DNA of 61,370 nucleotides, the filler included, from Jimgerdemannia flammicorona (lineage: Eukaryota): the NCBI GenBank assembly GCA_003990765.1. It is 3 parts of 3 records of this genome, joined end to end, with 100 filler letters (N's around TTAATTAATTAA, not from the genome) between each part and the next. Parts side by side here need not be neighbours in the genome. Positions count along the whole stretch, not along the records: positions 40,988 to 61,370 come from RBNJ01001695.1; 2 more parts are not named here. One strand, given 5' to 3'. The notes beneath the pieces were generated by a model. That model was not told the origin of the DNA. It searched no databases and saw only the letters and a program-made list of their open reading frames with translations. Position numbers and translations under genes: made by a program. The stretch's first letter is position 1; every line of letters begins with the position of its first letter. Below are positions 51,401-61,370 of the stretch, piece by piece.

Positions 51401-54306
51401 ACTTATCATCTAACAAGGAGGAATTGAGGCACCAATGTCCAGGCCCATCCCCACTCCCCCCAAACTGCCCCTATCCTAAAAACCCCCAATGATCCGACCA
51501 AGGACACCATTCCACTTCCAGAGATTTCCAAACATCCAAGCCCCAGTAGCTGGCCATCAGAATCCAATCTATCCTTGTCCCCAAGCCCCCAGCCCAATGT
51601 GTGTAGACCCTCCTATCCCCCCAACACTTCCTGCTCGCATCTACTAGAGCACTCAGCCTTTCTACTTCCTCCCATGTTGCCAGCCCTCCACTCCAACCTT
51701 TGGCTCCCTGTCCTCTATCAGTTCTGTCTAACAGTCTATCCCGAACCATATTAAAGTCTCCTCCAAGCACATCCACCCCAGCCTCTGCAAGTATCCCACT
51801 CTCCTGAAGGCCTTTTACCCAGTCCACCCACTCACCTCTTACAGTGGGGCAGTAACAAGAGCCCACTGTGACTGGCTCCCATCCTGTACATATCCACTTG
51901 CCCCAGACCAGTCTATCTCCCCAGCTCTGCATATCCCTAATCTCCCCTCTGCCCTTCCATACCAGAATCCCAACCTTGTCCTTCCAAACTGCCTCACCTC
52001 CCCATTCCTTCATCCATTCCATTTTATCCAAGTCATCCTCACACCTGACATCCTGCAAGAGGAAGAGATCGGCCTCCAATCCCTTCAGCCAAGTAAAAAT
52101 GTTTCTACATCGATAAGCACCCCATAACTCATTTACGTTCAAAGAAAAAATGTTGGTTATACTATTCATATTGAAGTATAGTGTGTTTTTTCAGTCCATC
52201 TCTACTGCTCCATGTTCATCTCTTCCTGCACCAAGTCCAGATTATGTTCTGCAGCCACTGCCTCCTCCTCAGCTCACTGAGCCTCCAATCCAGCCAACAG
52301 CTCATTCATCTCCCCATCTGTCTTCTCCTCAAACTCCTCCCAGTACTCCAGGCAGGCCTCCTGCCAGAGCTGCAATCCATGTTGCTTGGCCCAACAGTAC
52401 TTGGCCCTCTCACCAGAAACCCCTGCTAGTTCAGCCTCCTGCTCCTTATCTACCTCATACCCTTCCTTCTCCAGATATACCGCAAGGATCTCAGCCTTCA
52501 ATGCCAACTCCACACCATCTCCCTGCAGGACTTGTGCCCAATGCTCATCACTCATCACTCATAGGTTCACCTCTTCCAACTCCTCAGCCACCAGGTTATT
52601 CATCATCCTGCACATCCAAAGTAGATTCCCTACCTCCTTCCCACCTGGAGTTGCTGGTCTTCCACCATCCAACATTGTGGTATCAGCCCCAGCACTCGCA
52701 GCCTCATCCCACACTTCTGGAACATCCACCAATTCCTCCTCTCCAACTGCCACCATCTGTCCCCCATTCACCACCTCAGGAACTCCAAATTGCACCCACT
52801 GGGCCCCCTTCATTGGCACATCCTCTCCGGACCTGCTCCAGGAGGCTGGACCATGCCTGATGAGAGGAGTAGGGGTAGGTGATCCCTCCCAGTCTTCTTC
52901 CCAGACCTCAAATGTACCATTAGCATATGAATCTCTGCCAGCTGCTTTCCTGTCCTCCTCTGTGCCCTTCTCCATACTTCCACCCTTCTCACCAGCCAAG
53001 ACACTTGCCTTGGCACCCCCTGTTTCCCCCATTCTGCCTGCCTCCTTCTGCGGTCAACCTGCCATCTTAGCCAGTAGCTCCTTCTGATGTTTACGGCCCT
53101 GAGCCCTTTCCCACTACTCCTTGTCCACTCTTATCCTCTTCCCATCAACTACCTCCAAGTGTGTCGACTCCTCAAAAGCCACCCAAGCCTTTACTCGCCA
53201 CTCCACAGCTCCACTCAACTCCTCTAGCACCTCCAGCAAGTCCTCTTCCTCCTCCTCACTCCCCTTCACCCTTGTCACCTTGCACAAGATCACCCCCCAG
53301 ACCATCACTGAAGGCCAGTCCCTCATCTTCCCAGTAGCTTCTTTCCCTGCCAGCCGAATCCTCATGTCCACATCTCCAGTCCTGAGTGAGGTCCCTTCCC
53401 AGACCCTGAACCCAATGTCCACTACCTCTCCATACTTTGCCATGACCTTCTCAACTTTCCTCCTCATCTCCACTGCCATCACCATGGGCACTCCTTTCAC
53501 CAGCAGTTGGACCACCCTGGGGTCCCATTTCAAGCAGCATGCCATCAGTACATACACTTCCCCAACAACCAATCCAACCTTCAGCGCTTCTTCCAGAGGC
53601 TCAGTCTACTCAAATCCCACCTCTACTCCCTCCAATCCCTTCAGGAACTTCACAGATGCCACTCCAGCCACCTGCTTAGCAATCAGCCCCAGCACCATTT
53701 TCACTGTCACCGCCAGGCCCCAGAAGCACAACATCACCGCGAATACCAAGATTGATTTCTTGAGTAATGGCGCCACTGCCAGTCCCATCACACTATCTGC
53801 CAAATCTCCTTGCCTTCTAAGCCTCAGTTGCTCAGCCACACCATCAGCTGTCACATCTGGATTTTTTTCCAGATTGGCAGTCCCATCTCCATCAGCCATC
53901 ACACTCCCCCCAGCCACTACTCCCCCAGCTCCACTGCCTTCACCACCAAGTGCTACTCCTCCATGAATTGCTGTCTTCTCCATCTCCTTGCCTTTCCTCA
54001 GCCAACCCTCCAGCTCAGTCGTCTGCTGTCTCTCCTTCACCATCTCTGCAAAACTCGTCCTCCTGGACCCCTGTCCTCTACCACTGCCTCTACCTCCTCT
54101 TCATCCTCCTGCCAACAGCCCCCTCATGTCGCCCCCCTGGCCAGGACCCACCCCACCTGGTGCCAGTTGAACGCGCTAGGGCCACCCTGCCCAGTACGCA
54201 CCCTAGATTGCTTGTTGTTTGCCATTGCCTTAGTACCTTTCTCCAATAAACAACTTGAAAGTGTATTGTAAGAGTGTGTGTAACGTGAATGTTAGCTGAG
54301 AAAGGG
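48431..54306 (-). mobile_element. Full-length LINE-B; ORF1 54225-~52175, ORF2 52169-48516
   Basis: EN motifs FSLNVN, LQDV, GGDFN, WSDHW. RT motifs NWRPIMLLDIDRK, FLDQEKAYD, PQGDLLSP, FTDD. Poly(T) at 48431-48452. TSD ATTCTTTTCTTCCTCTT at 48415 and 54310. Confidence 0.95.
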
Positions 54307-54309
54307 ACC

Positions 54310-54690
54310 ATTCTTTTCTTCCTCTTTCTGTTTCCTTCAGCTTCTTAACTTCTACAATCTTTGGTCATAGAATCAGAAAGATCAATATCTGCACCAATCA
54401 GTCCTTCTTCTTGATTGGGAATGGGATTGTAGGATTGTGATTTCTGGCAATGAGTAGGATTTCTCCAGTATAGTCTGAGTTGATGACTCCTCCTTCAATC
54501 ATAATTTCACTTTTAGCCAGGCTGCTTCTTGTTTTGAGGATTCTGACATAGTCTTTTGGTATGGTCATTTCCAAACCAGTTGTGAGCAAGGTAGTTGTCT
54601 GTGGCTCCAGTACAGTTTCTTCTACTGTAGTGATATCCATTCCAGTAGCATTCTCTGACTTGTATTCTGGTAGAACTGCATCAGGGTGAA
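54310..54690 (-). pseudogene. dut: Trimeric dUTPase domain in the Gypsy-2 polyprotein (motif V completed at 48399-48430)
   Basis: Motif I TGMDI, II RSSLA, III GVINSDYTGE, IV LVQ. Motif V ETERGRKEFGSTG is restored when the LINE is removed. Confidence 0.9.
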
Positions 54691-56850
54691 TCTTCCAGAT
54701 TTTGACCTTGATTTCTTCTTCATCATCACTGTCCTCCAGAAGGGCTGGTGGTTCATCATCTTCTTCCTCTTCTTCTTTGGCCTATTCCTCAAGAGCCTTC
54801 TGTCTTCTTTCATGGTAGATGTTCCTGATTCTATTAGTGCACTGGTAGCAATTATTGACATACTCTATACAGTACATCTTGATCCTATGGGGGCAGACTC
54901 CTTGTGGTGCATATCCTTCTGTGATCTTCTTGCCCCATTCTTCTTTGCTCATCTATCCAACCTTCTTCTTCTTTTTCTGAGTGATCACAATGTAAGCTTC
55001 CTTTTGTTCACTCTTTTCTTCCTCTATGTTGAGCAGAACTCCTTTGTTGACATTGATGGGAATTCGTATCTTCTGTCCTTGGTAGATGATCTGCATCTTC
55101 TGCACATTGAGATCAATTATTGCTCTGGCTTTCTGAAGCCATTGATTGCCAATGAGGATGTCATAGTTGGATGTATTAGTTACAAAATACATCAACTGGA
55201 ATGATTGCTCCTCCAAACTTGATGGCAACATCTTGGATTTTTTTCAGTGGAGTAGCTCTTATATCATCTGCTGTAATGAATACCAATTTGGTTACTTCTT
55301 CAACTTCCCAGCCTAGGCAGTCTGCTGCTTTCTTGCTGAGGAGGCATCCTTCTGCTCTAGTATTGATGATGGCTTTGAAGATTCTGTCCTCAATTTGACA
55401 GGTTGCATAGGCAGAGGTCTTGCAGTTGTCTTTGCTTTCTTCTCCTGAGTCCTCTTGAACATTATTGGCCTCAGTTATCTTCCATTCTTATTCCTTGGTT
55501 ATCTTGGTAAGTCCAAACCTCATTTGCTGTCTAAATGTTGGAATTTCTGTGAGCTGACCAAAGGTTGCATTGACCTTTTGTTGGCTGAGGTCCTTGAAAA
55601 TATCATACTTGAAGGTCTTGGTCTTACAAAGCTTCTTTTCTTTTTCTTCTTCACTGGCTAGAGTGATTCCTCAGATGATATCCTGAACTGCCTGCTCAAG
55701 TTCTATATCTTGATCCATTTCTTTAGCTTGGCTTTCTGTGGCTGTCTCCATTTGTTTTTCTACTGAGTTCTTTTTAGATCTTCCTAATGGTCTCTTGTAA
55801 GATTCCTTACAAAAATTCTTTTTGGTAGTCTGTGCAGGATAGGTCTCCCATTCTTTATCTGATTCTTCAATTTCCTCGAATATGATAATGTTGGCCTGTT
55901 CATTGTTTCTAGTAGCATTACTTGGCTAGGCCTTGTGCTTGGTTTTGCTCATACATTAATATGAGTAGTGGCCTTCTTGTATAGTAGGTACCTTTTTTTT
56001 TGTCTGTAGTGGCAGCAAACTTCTGAACTGGGTGGCAGTCTCTTCCTCTGATTTTCTTTACTACATCTCCTAGGCAGGCAGTCATTTCAGCAAACTGTTT
56101 GGAAAGCTCCTCCATAGGGTCACTGTTTCTCTGCTGCTCTATAGCTCTTGGCTGAGGTGTATTTCAATAAATCATTGTGGTTGAGATTATACTGATTGCC
56201 TTGGGTGCTTCGATTCTAACTCCAGTGACTCTTTCCATTGTGTGGTCTTATGGGTGTCTGGGTATTTAATATTGCTGAGCATAGGTGACCTTCGGTGGCA
56301 GATCCAGAACTACTGGTGATGATCAAATGGCCATTGCTATCTCTGGGTGGACTCCTTTCATGAAGGTTGCTTCAGCTACTTGATCTCAGATAGCATCAGC
56401 ATAATCTGTAATAATTATCTGATATCAGATTCTGGTGTAGAATGTATTTAAAACCTCACTCATCCCTTGGTATGTTGTGTTGAGCTAGTCCTTCAGAGCT
56501 TGCTTGATCTCATCTGTATAATAGGTGTTTTGGTGCCAGGTCTTCTGTACTGTCAGTATGGTATTGACATCATTTTCTGCATGGGTTGCAGCTGTAAATA
56601 CTGCTCTGGCAAGACCACATATGCTGAAGAACATGAGAGCTACTTGCTGTGCTGCTGTCAGGGTCCTTATAGTGGCATACTGCTCAAAATTATTGATGAA
56701 GGTGATGATTGATTCATCTGAGATATATCTATGGAATACTGGTGGTCTCATATCTATCTTGTCTAGGTATCTTGACTCAGTTTGTGTGGTTGTTCAAGTG
56801 GTAGCAGTTGTTCGTTGTTCAGCTTGAAATTGAGGGATTTGTCTTGAATT

Positions 56851-56868
56851 ACCAGCTAATAGGCACCA
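56851..56868 (-). promoter_or_regulatory. Putative primer-binding site of Gypsy-2
   Basis: TGGTGCCTATTAGCTGGT lies 3 nt inside the 5' LTR. The priming tRNA was not identified. Confidence 0.6.
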
Positions 56869-56871
56869 AGT

Positions 56872-57320
56872 TGTAATGTAGCAGATGCTTAACCTTGGAA
56901 GTATGTTGGATTTCTGTATCTTGAAAACTTGTTCTTCTTTGACTCTGCAGAGTCCTTGGGATGCAGGGGTGGGTGAGTTCAAAGTGTATCTGCCTGCAGG
57001 CTTACTAGTTCCTTTGCTTTCTCTTTTACTTGAACTATTTCAATCTGAGGTTTATTCACTCTAAGATACTGGGTTATTTATATAAGTTTGCTAGCTATAA
57101 AGTGACTAAGTAATGAGTTATTTTCTGCCAGTATTGAATCTTTTAACATCTGTGAAGATTTTGCCATCTCTCAAAACTTTGCCAATGGTAAAGTTTTTGC
57201 CAGTGGTGAAATATGACTGCCATTTGTAAGACTAAGCTATATTTGGGAATCAGATTCAGGTACCACAATCAGATGTCTAATTTCTCTAATTTATATTACT
57301 AATTCGAATTGACCATTACA
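56872..57320 (-). repeat. Gypsy-2 5' LTR
   Basis: TG...CA, flanked by (AT)n like the 3' LTR (TSD ATAT or ATATAT). Confidence 0.93.
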
Positions 57321-58014
57321 ATATATATATATATATATGTATATACATATAATACTTATTGATTTTTTATATAAATATTAACTAGTAAAATAATTTATAG
57401 AAATAAAATTATTTTTAAACTTTTACATAAACTTAATATAATTATTTATTTATAGAGGAAATAAAATTAATGATTTTAAGTTTATTTAGGTGTTTGGAAT
57501 AGGTTTAACATTAACAATTAAAATTTTTGATAGTACTGATGATTGAAGCAACTACTTGGATCTATTTTCTCTTTGTATTTTAGTATTGAACACTTATATG
57601 TTTTTCAATCTAGGAGGTCTTTTGTCGAATATTTTAGTACTCCCCTACTTTCCGACTGGTGAAATCGATTGCTGAGTTTCATCAGGCCTTCCAACATGGC
57701 CATTAAGCAAGCATTTTTGGCGTGGAAGGTGAATACCAGTTTGCATACAGTGACGAAATTTTAACTCTGTGATGCAGATTGGTTATGCCATTATAATGGC
57801 AAGTTATACACAATACTGGATAACAGTCTGAAAGGCCGAAAGGAAGTGCACAGCAGTCATGTGGGCAGCTGTCAAATTTGAATATCGGAATAATCGAAAT
57901 TACTGCTCACAAACCGACCACTCGAAACAAAGTTGAGTAAGTTACCGCAAGATCTATGAGAGCAATCTAGTTTGGTCCATATAGCACAACTAACCATATC
58001 CCGTATAACTAGAC

Positions 58015-60688
58015 ATGTCATCCCAAAGCAATAATGCAAACATCACCACCGGAACTCAGTTTGCCAGCATGATTGGCAGCCAGTTGCCAACTACCAACGA
58101 GCATGGAGACTCTGATGAAGGTTTGGTGCAAAACGTGACAAACAACGTTGATGCTGTTAGCACACATGGGGGACCAGCATTTCTCGGACCCAATAATACC
58201 ATTTTCGAATCTGGTGGAATGGTGATCTATGGTAAGGAGATGGAATTATCTGTGTATTATGTGTGCGCAAATTCTGGTATCAGACAAACTAATAACTGAA
58301 CCATTATATTTTACAACATCAGGTACCATCAATCAATACATCTCTACACCAATTGACAACGTCATCATTGAAAATAAGAAAATGTTCCTAGTTCTGCTCA
58401 AGCCTACAAACCGGTTCATAGGATGAGAAGATATCACGAAAAAGATCCTGGCAGCAATCACTGGAAACCAATCGAAAGTCGCATGCATGCCGGTAGTCCT
58501 CAAAGGCATTGGTGGAATGGGGAAAACTGAAACCATGCTGCAATTTTGTTACCTGTGCCGCGAGAACTATCATTAAGTCTTCTGGCTTTGTGTTGATGGA
58601 AGGAAGGTGACTCTCGATGCCTTCAGAAGTCTGGCAAAGAAACTTGGGATACTCACTGGGGCCAAAATATTTAGCGATGGCAATGCTTTGGCTAATTTGA
58701 TTCATGAATGGCTTGGAACGAAGACGGGCTGGTTGCTTCTCTTGGATAACTTGGACGATGCCAATGATGTAGACCATTATATTCCAGCAACAGGTGGAGA
58801 CATTGTCATGACAACTTGTAATAATGTTCTTTCTTCATAGGCCACCGTAATCGAAGTAGACAAGTTGACCAGCGAGCAGGCCCTTTCTCTCCTGATTGGT
58901 TCATGATCTCCATCTGCTGATGCAATAACCGATGCACAACACATTGTACAAAAGCTCGACCGTTTCCTGCTGGCCATAAATATTGCTCATTCTTATCTTG
59001 AACGAACTAAAACAACTTTTGAAGATTATCTGAAGTTGATTACAAAAAATCCTAAAGTGTTGCTCACTAGCGGCAATCACAGCAATCCGAGCGTCTACAA
59101 GGAGACAGTGGCTACAGTGTGGAAATTGTCATTCAATCGAATCAAGGAGCAAAATCTGTTGGCAACGCGAATTCTCCATGCCTGCGCCTTTCTCCATCCA
59201 GACGCAATACTAGCATCCATTTGCCATCGACAACACGATGCCTTAGTGCTCTTTCGGAAACCATTGCGAGGACCCCTAGAGGAGACAGCTGAACATGTCA
59301 TTCTTTTGGCGATTGGCAAATTAGTCGAATTTTCGTTTCTTCGGCGAACTACCAGAGACGATGTCAATTGCAAAAGCAATACCAACATTGAAGGGGATAC
59401 AAATATTTTCGACCCAACTAGTGACATGCTTTCCATTCACTGCATGGTGCAAATGGTCATTCGTGATGAGATGGAAAGTAGTGAGAATCCGAGGTGGCTA
59501 GGACGCATCGTTGCTTGTGCAGTGAGGAGCAGTGATCGTTTTCGGTGGTTTGAACGCATAGATATAGGCGCGGTGAAGAGCATGGAGCATCTACGATGTT
59601 TGGAAACCATCATTGTGGCACTGATTAAGGAATTCCTTTCTATAGACTATCATATTCCACATGTCCGAATAACAAACGAAGCGCATCTTCCACATGTCCG
59701 ACACATTGTTGCTCTACTTAAAAATCCAGAGAAAATGTCCACTGAGACCTATGTCCTTCTAGTCAGTCTGCTTAATCAAACCACTTGGTACTTGATAAAT
59801 GGTGGTATTTACCAAGGCACCGAGGAGCTCTCACAGATGGCCGTATCAATTTCACAAGCAAACCGTGGGATGAATAATAGCACAGCAGCATTATCTCTGA
59901 ATAATCTGGCTAGGCTCTATTACAGCCAGGGTAAATACAACAAGGCGGAGCCACTTTACAAACAGGCTCTGGCAATTGATGAAAATTTGTCAGGATCAGA
60001 GCACTCAGATACTGCAAATTCTCTAGTCCAACTGGCGATCCTTTACAATGACCAGGGAAAATACGACAAGGCGGAGCCGCTGTACGAATGGGCGCTGGTG
60101 ATCCGTGAGAAGGTGTCAGGATCAGAGCACCCAGAAACCGCAATATGTCTGAACAATCTGGGTGCACTCTACTATAATCAGGGCAAATACGACAAGGTGG
60201 GGCCGCTGTACGAACGTGCGCTGGCGATCCGTGAGAAGGTGTTGGGATCAGAGCACCCAGACACCACAAAGTATCTGAACAATCTGGGTGCGCTCTACAA
60301 TGAGCAGGGCAAAAACAACAAGGTGGAGCCACTGTACGAACGGGCACTGGGGATCCATGAGAAGGTGTTGGGAACAGAGCACCCATTCACGGCAACAACT
60401 CTGCAAAATCTGGCTAATATCTACAACAAACAGGGCAAATACGATAAGGCGGAGCCGCTCTATGACCAGGTGCTGGCAATTAAAGAGAAGGTGTTGGGAG
60501 CAGAGCATCCAGAAACGGCAAGATCTCTGTACAATCTGGCTTTGCTCTGCAAAAGACAGAATGAATATGACAAGGCGAAGCCACTGTACGAATGGGTGCT
60601 GGCAATCCAAGAGAAGGTGTTGGGATCAGAGCATCCACACACGGCCCTATCTAGGGAAGCTCTAGCTAGATGTCCTCGCACTGTTTAA
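58015..60688 (+). pseudogene. Fungal NLR (short N-terminal motif - NB-ARC-like STAND NTPase - TPR); intron 58232-58322; four in-frame stops
   Basis: GTAAG...CTAA...CAG intron restores the frame. FIG*ED, Walker A GIGGMGKT, Walker B WLLLLDNLDD, LAINIAHSYL, VATVWKLSF, AFLHPDAI, IHCMVQ, then TPRs. Stops at 58424, 58574, 58838 and 58904. Confidence 0.88.
59875..60670 (+). repeat. Six to seven 126-bp (42-aa) TPR repeats with high internal conservation
   Basis: GKYDKAEPLYE.AL.I.EKVLG.EHP.TA units start at 59930, 60056, 60182, 60308, 60434 and 60560. Confidence 0.95.
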
Positions 60689-61370
60689 TGGCATTACTAG
60701 GTATCCCTATTCATATTTATTTACATCCACCTCTCCCATTTTACGAATCGCAAGTGGATCCGTCCCTTCTCCTATAGTGTACGACATTCCGTGGAGTATC
60801 ATTATATCTACTTAATTGTATAATGGTATTTCTGTGATCCTTCCACCTTATATATTATTTTTATTTTATTTTTATATAAATATATTATTTGACTATTGGA
60901 ATTAAGTGTTGTTTGATGCATACATTTGATGACAAATTCTGGTAGCTCATCTTTGTGGTAAATTTGGGTTTGATATGCCATTGCTTCAACCCAGCCAGCA
61001 CGCGTGTGTGCTGACCCTCGCCCCAAACAACTATAAATAGAGATCTGATAACACACATCAACTGTCCCGCCGCTGCCCAACCTCACCCGACCTCTTCCAC
61101 ACTCACATCTAACTCACCTCGCGACTCGACCTCCACATCGCTCTACATCCTCTCGGCAAATGCAACAGAAGGTCTTGTGGCATCGACAATCCCTTGTGGG
61201 GGGTGGCAATGCGGCCTGATCAGGAAGTAGATGCAGCCCCGCTGCCGGGTGCGATGGCGGAAGTGAAAGACAGCATCGGCTGGATCGACAACTTGACAAA
61301 ACGCCCGACGATCCACCATATTCTGAGCCTAAATATATCTGGCATATGACGCTTGCCAAAAAAAAAAAAA

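Larger units (their letters stand above)
44726..57320 (-). mobile_element. Full-length Ty3/Gypsy element Gypsy-2 (gag-PR-dUTPase-RT-RH-IN-ORF3), degenerate, with nested LINE-B
   Basis: Paired ~449-bp LTRs. Gag ~56751-55600, PR KAIINTRAEGCLL ~55380, RT LCTDYR/VYVDDIIIY 48115-47549, RH ~47300-46920, IN HLGG...C..C 46700-45780. Confidence 0.93.

Noticed and set aside
52150..54271. Long Pro/Ser/Thr-rich plus-strand ORFs (and similar ones at 24018-26170 and 4892-5950)
   Set aside because: Antisense shadows of G/A-rich LINE ORF1.
58838..58840. TAG as an A-to-I editing-corrected stop in the NLR
   Set aside because: Three further stops exist, including TGA at a conserved Arg. C-to-T decay explains all of them.
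59930..60660. Regularly spaced repeats with variable spacers (CRISPR-like)
   Set aside because: In-frame 126-bp TPR coding repeats; no cas genes; eukaryotic context.
61114..61359. 81-aa minus-strand ORF as a possible NLR partner effector
   Set aside because: No HeLo-like features or amyloid motif; non-ATG start at the window edge.

Overview
This is eukaryotic DNA, probably fungal. An early-diverging lineage such as Mucoromycota is a guess from the NLR and TE types. Three contigs are joined by artificial 100-bp N/TTAATTAATTAA spacers (20397-20496, 40888-40987). About 57 kb is a nested, C-to-T-hypermutated transposon graveyard. It holds three L1/Tx1-clade LINE families (A, B, C), two Ty3/Gypsy elements (a chromovirus with an extra 3' ORF and a duplicated 3' end, and a full-length element with a dUTPase between protease and RT), older Gypsy relics and a hAT-type MITE. 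It also holds two families of ~1.2-kb non-coding poly(A) retroposons (S1, six copies; S2, two copies). Each shares its extreme 5' motif with a different LINE family. An unclassified multi-ORF element is bounded by CpG-decayed GC-rich hairpins. The only host-type gene is an NB-ARC/TPR NLR (58015-60688) with a candidate N-terminal amyloid signalling motif, inactivated by four in-frame stops. All calls were made by eye; no database searches were run.
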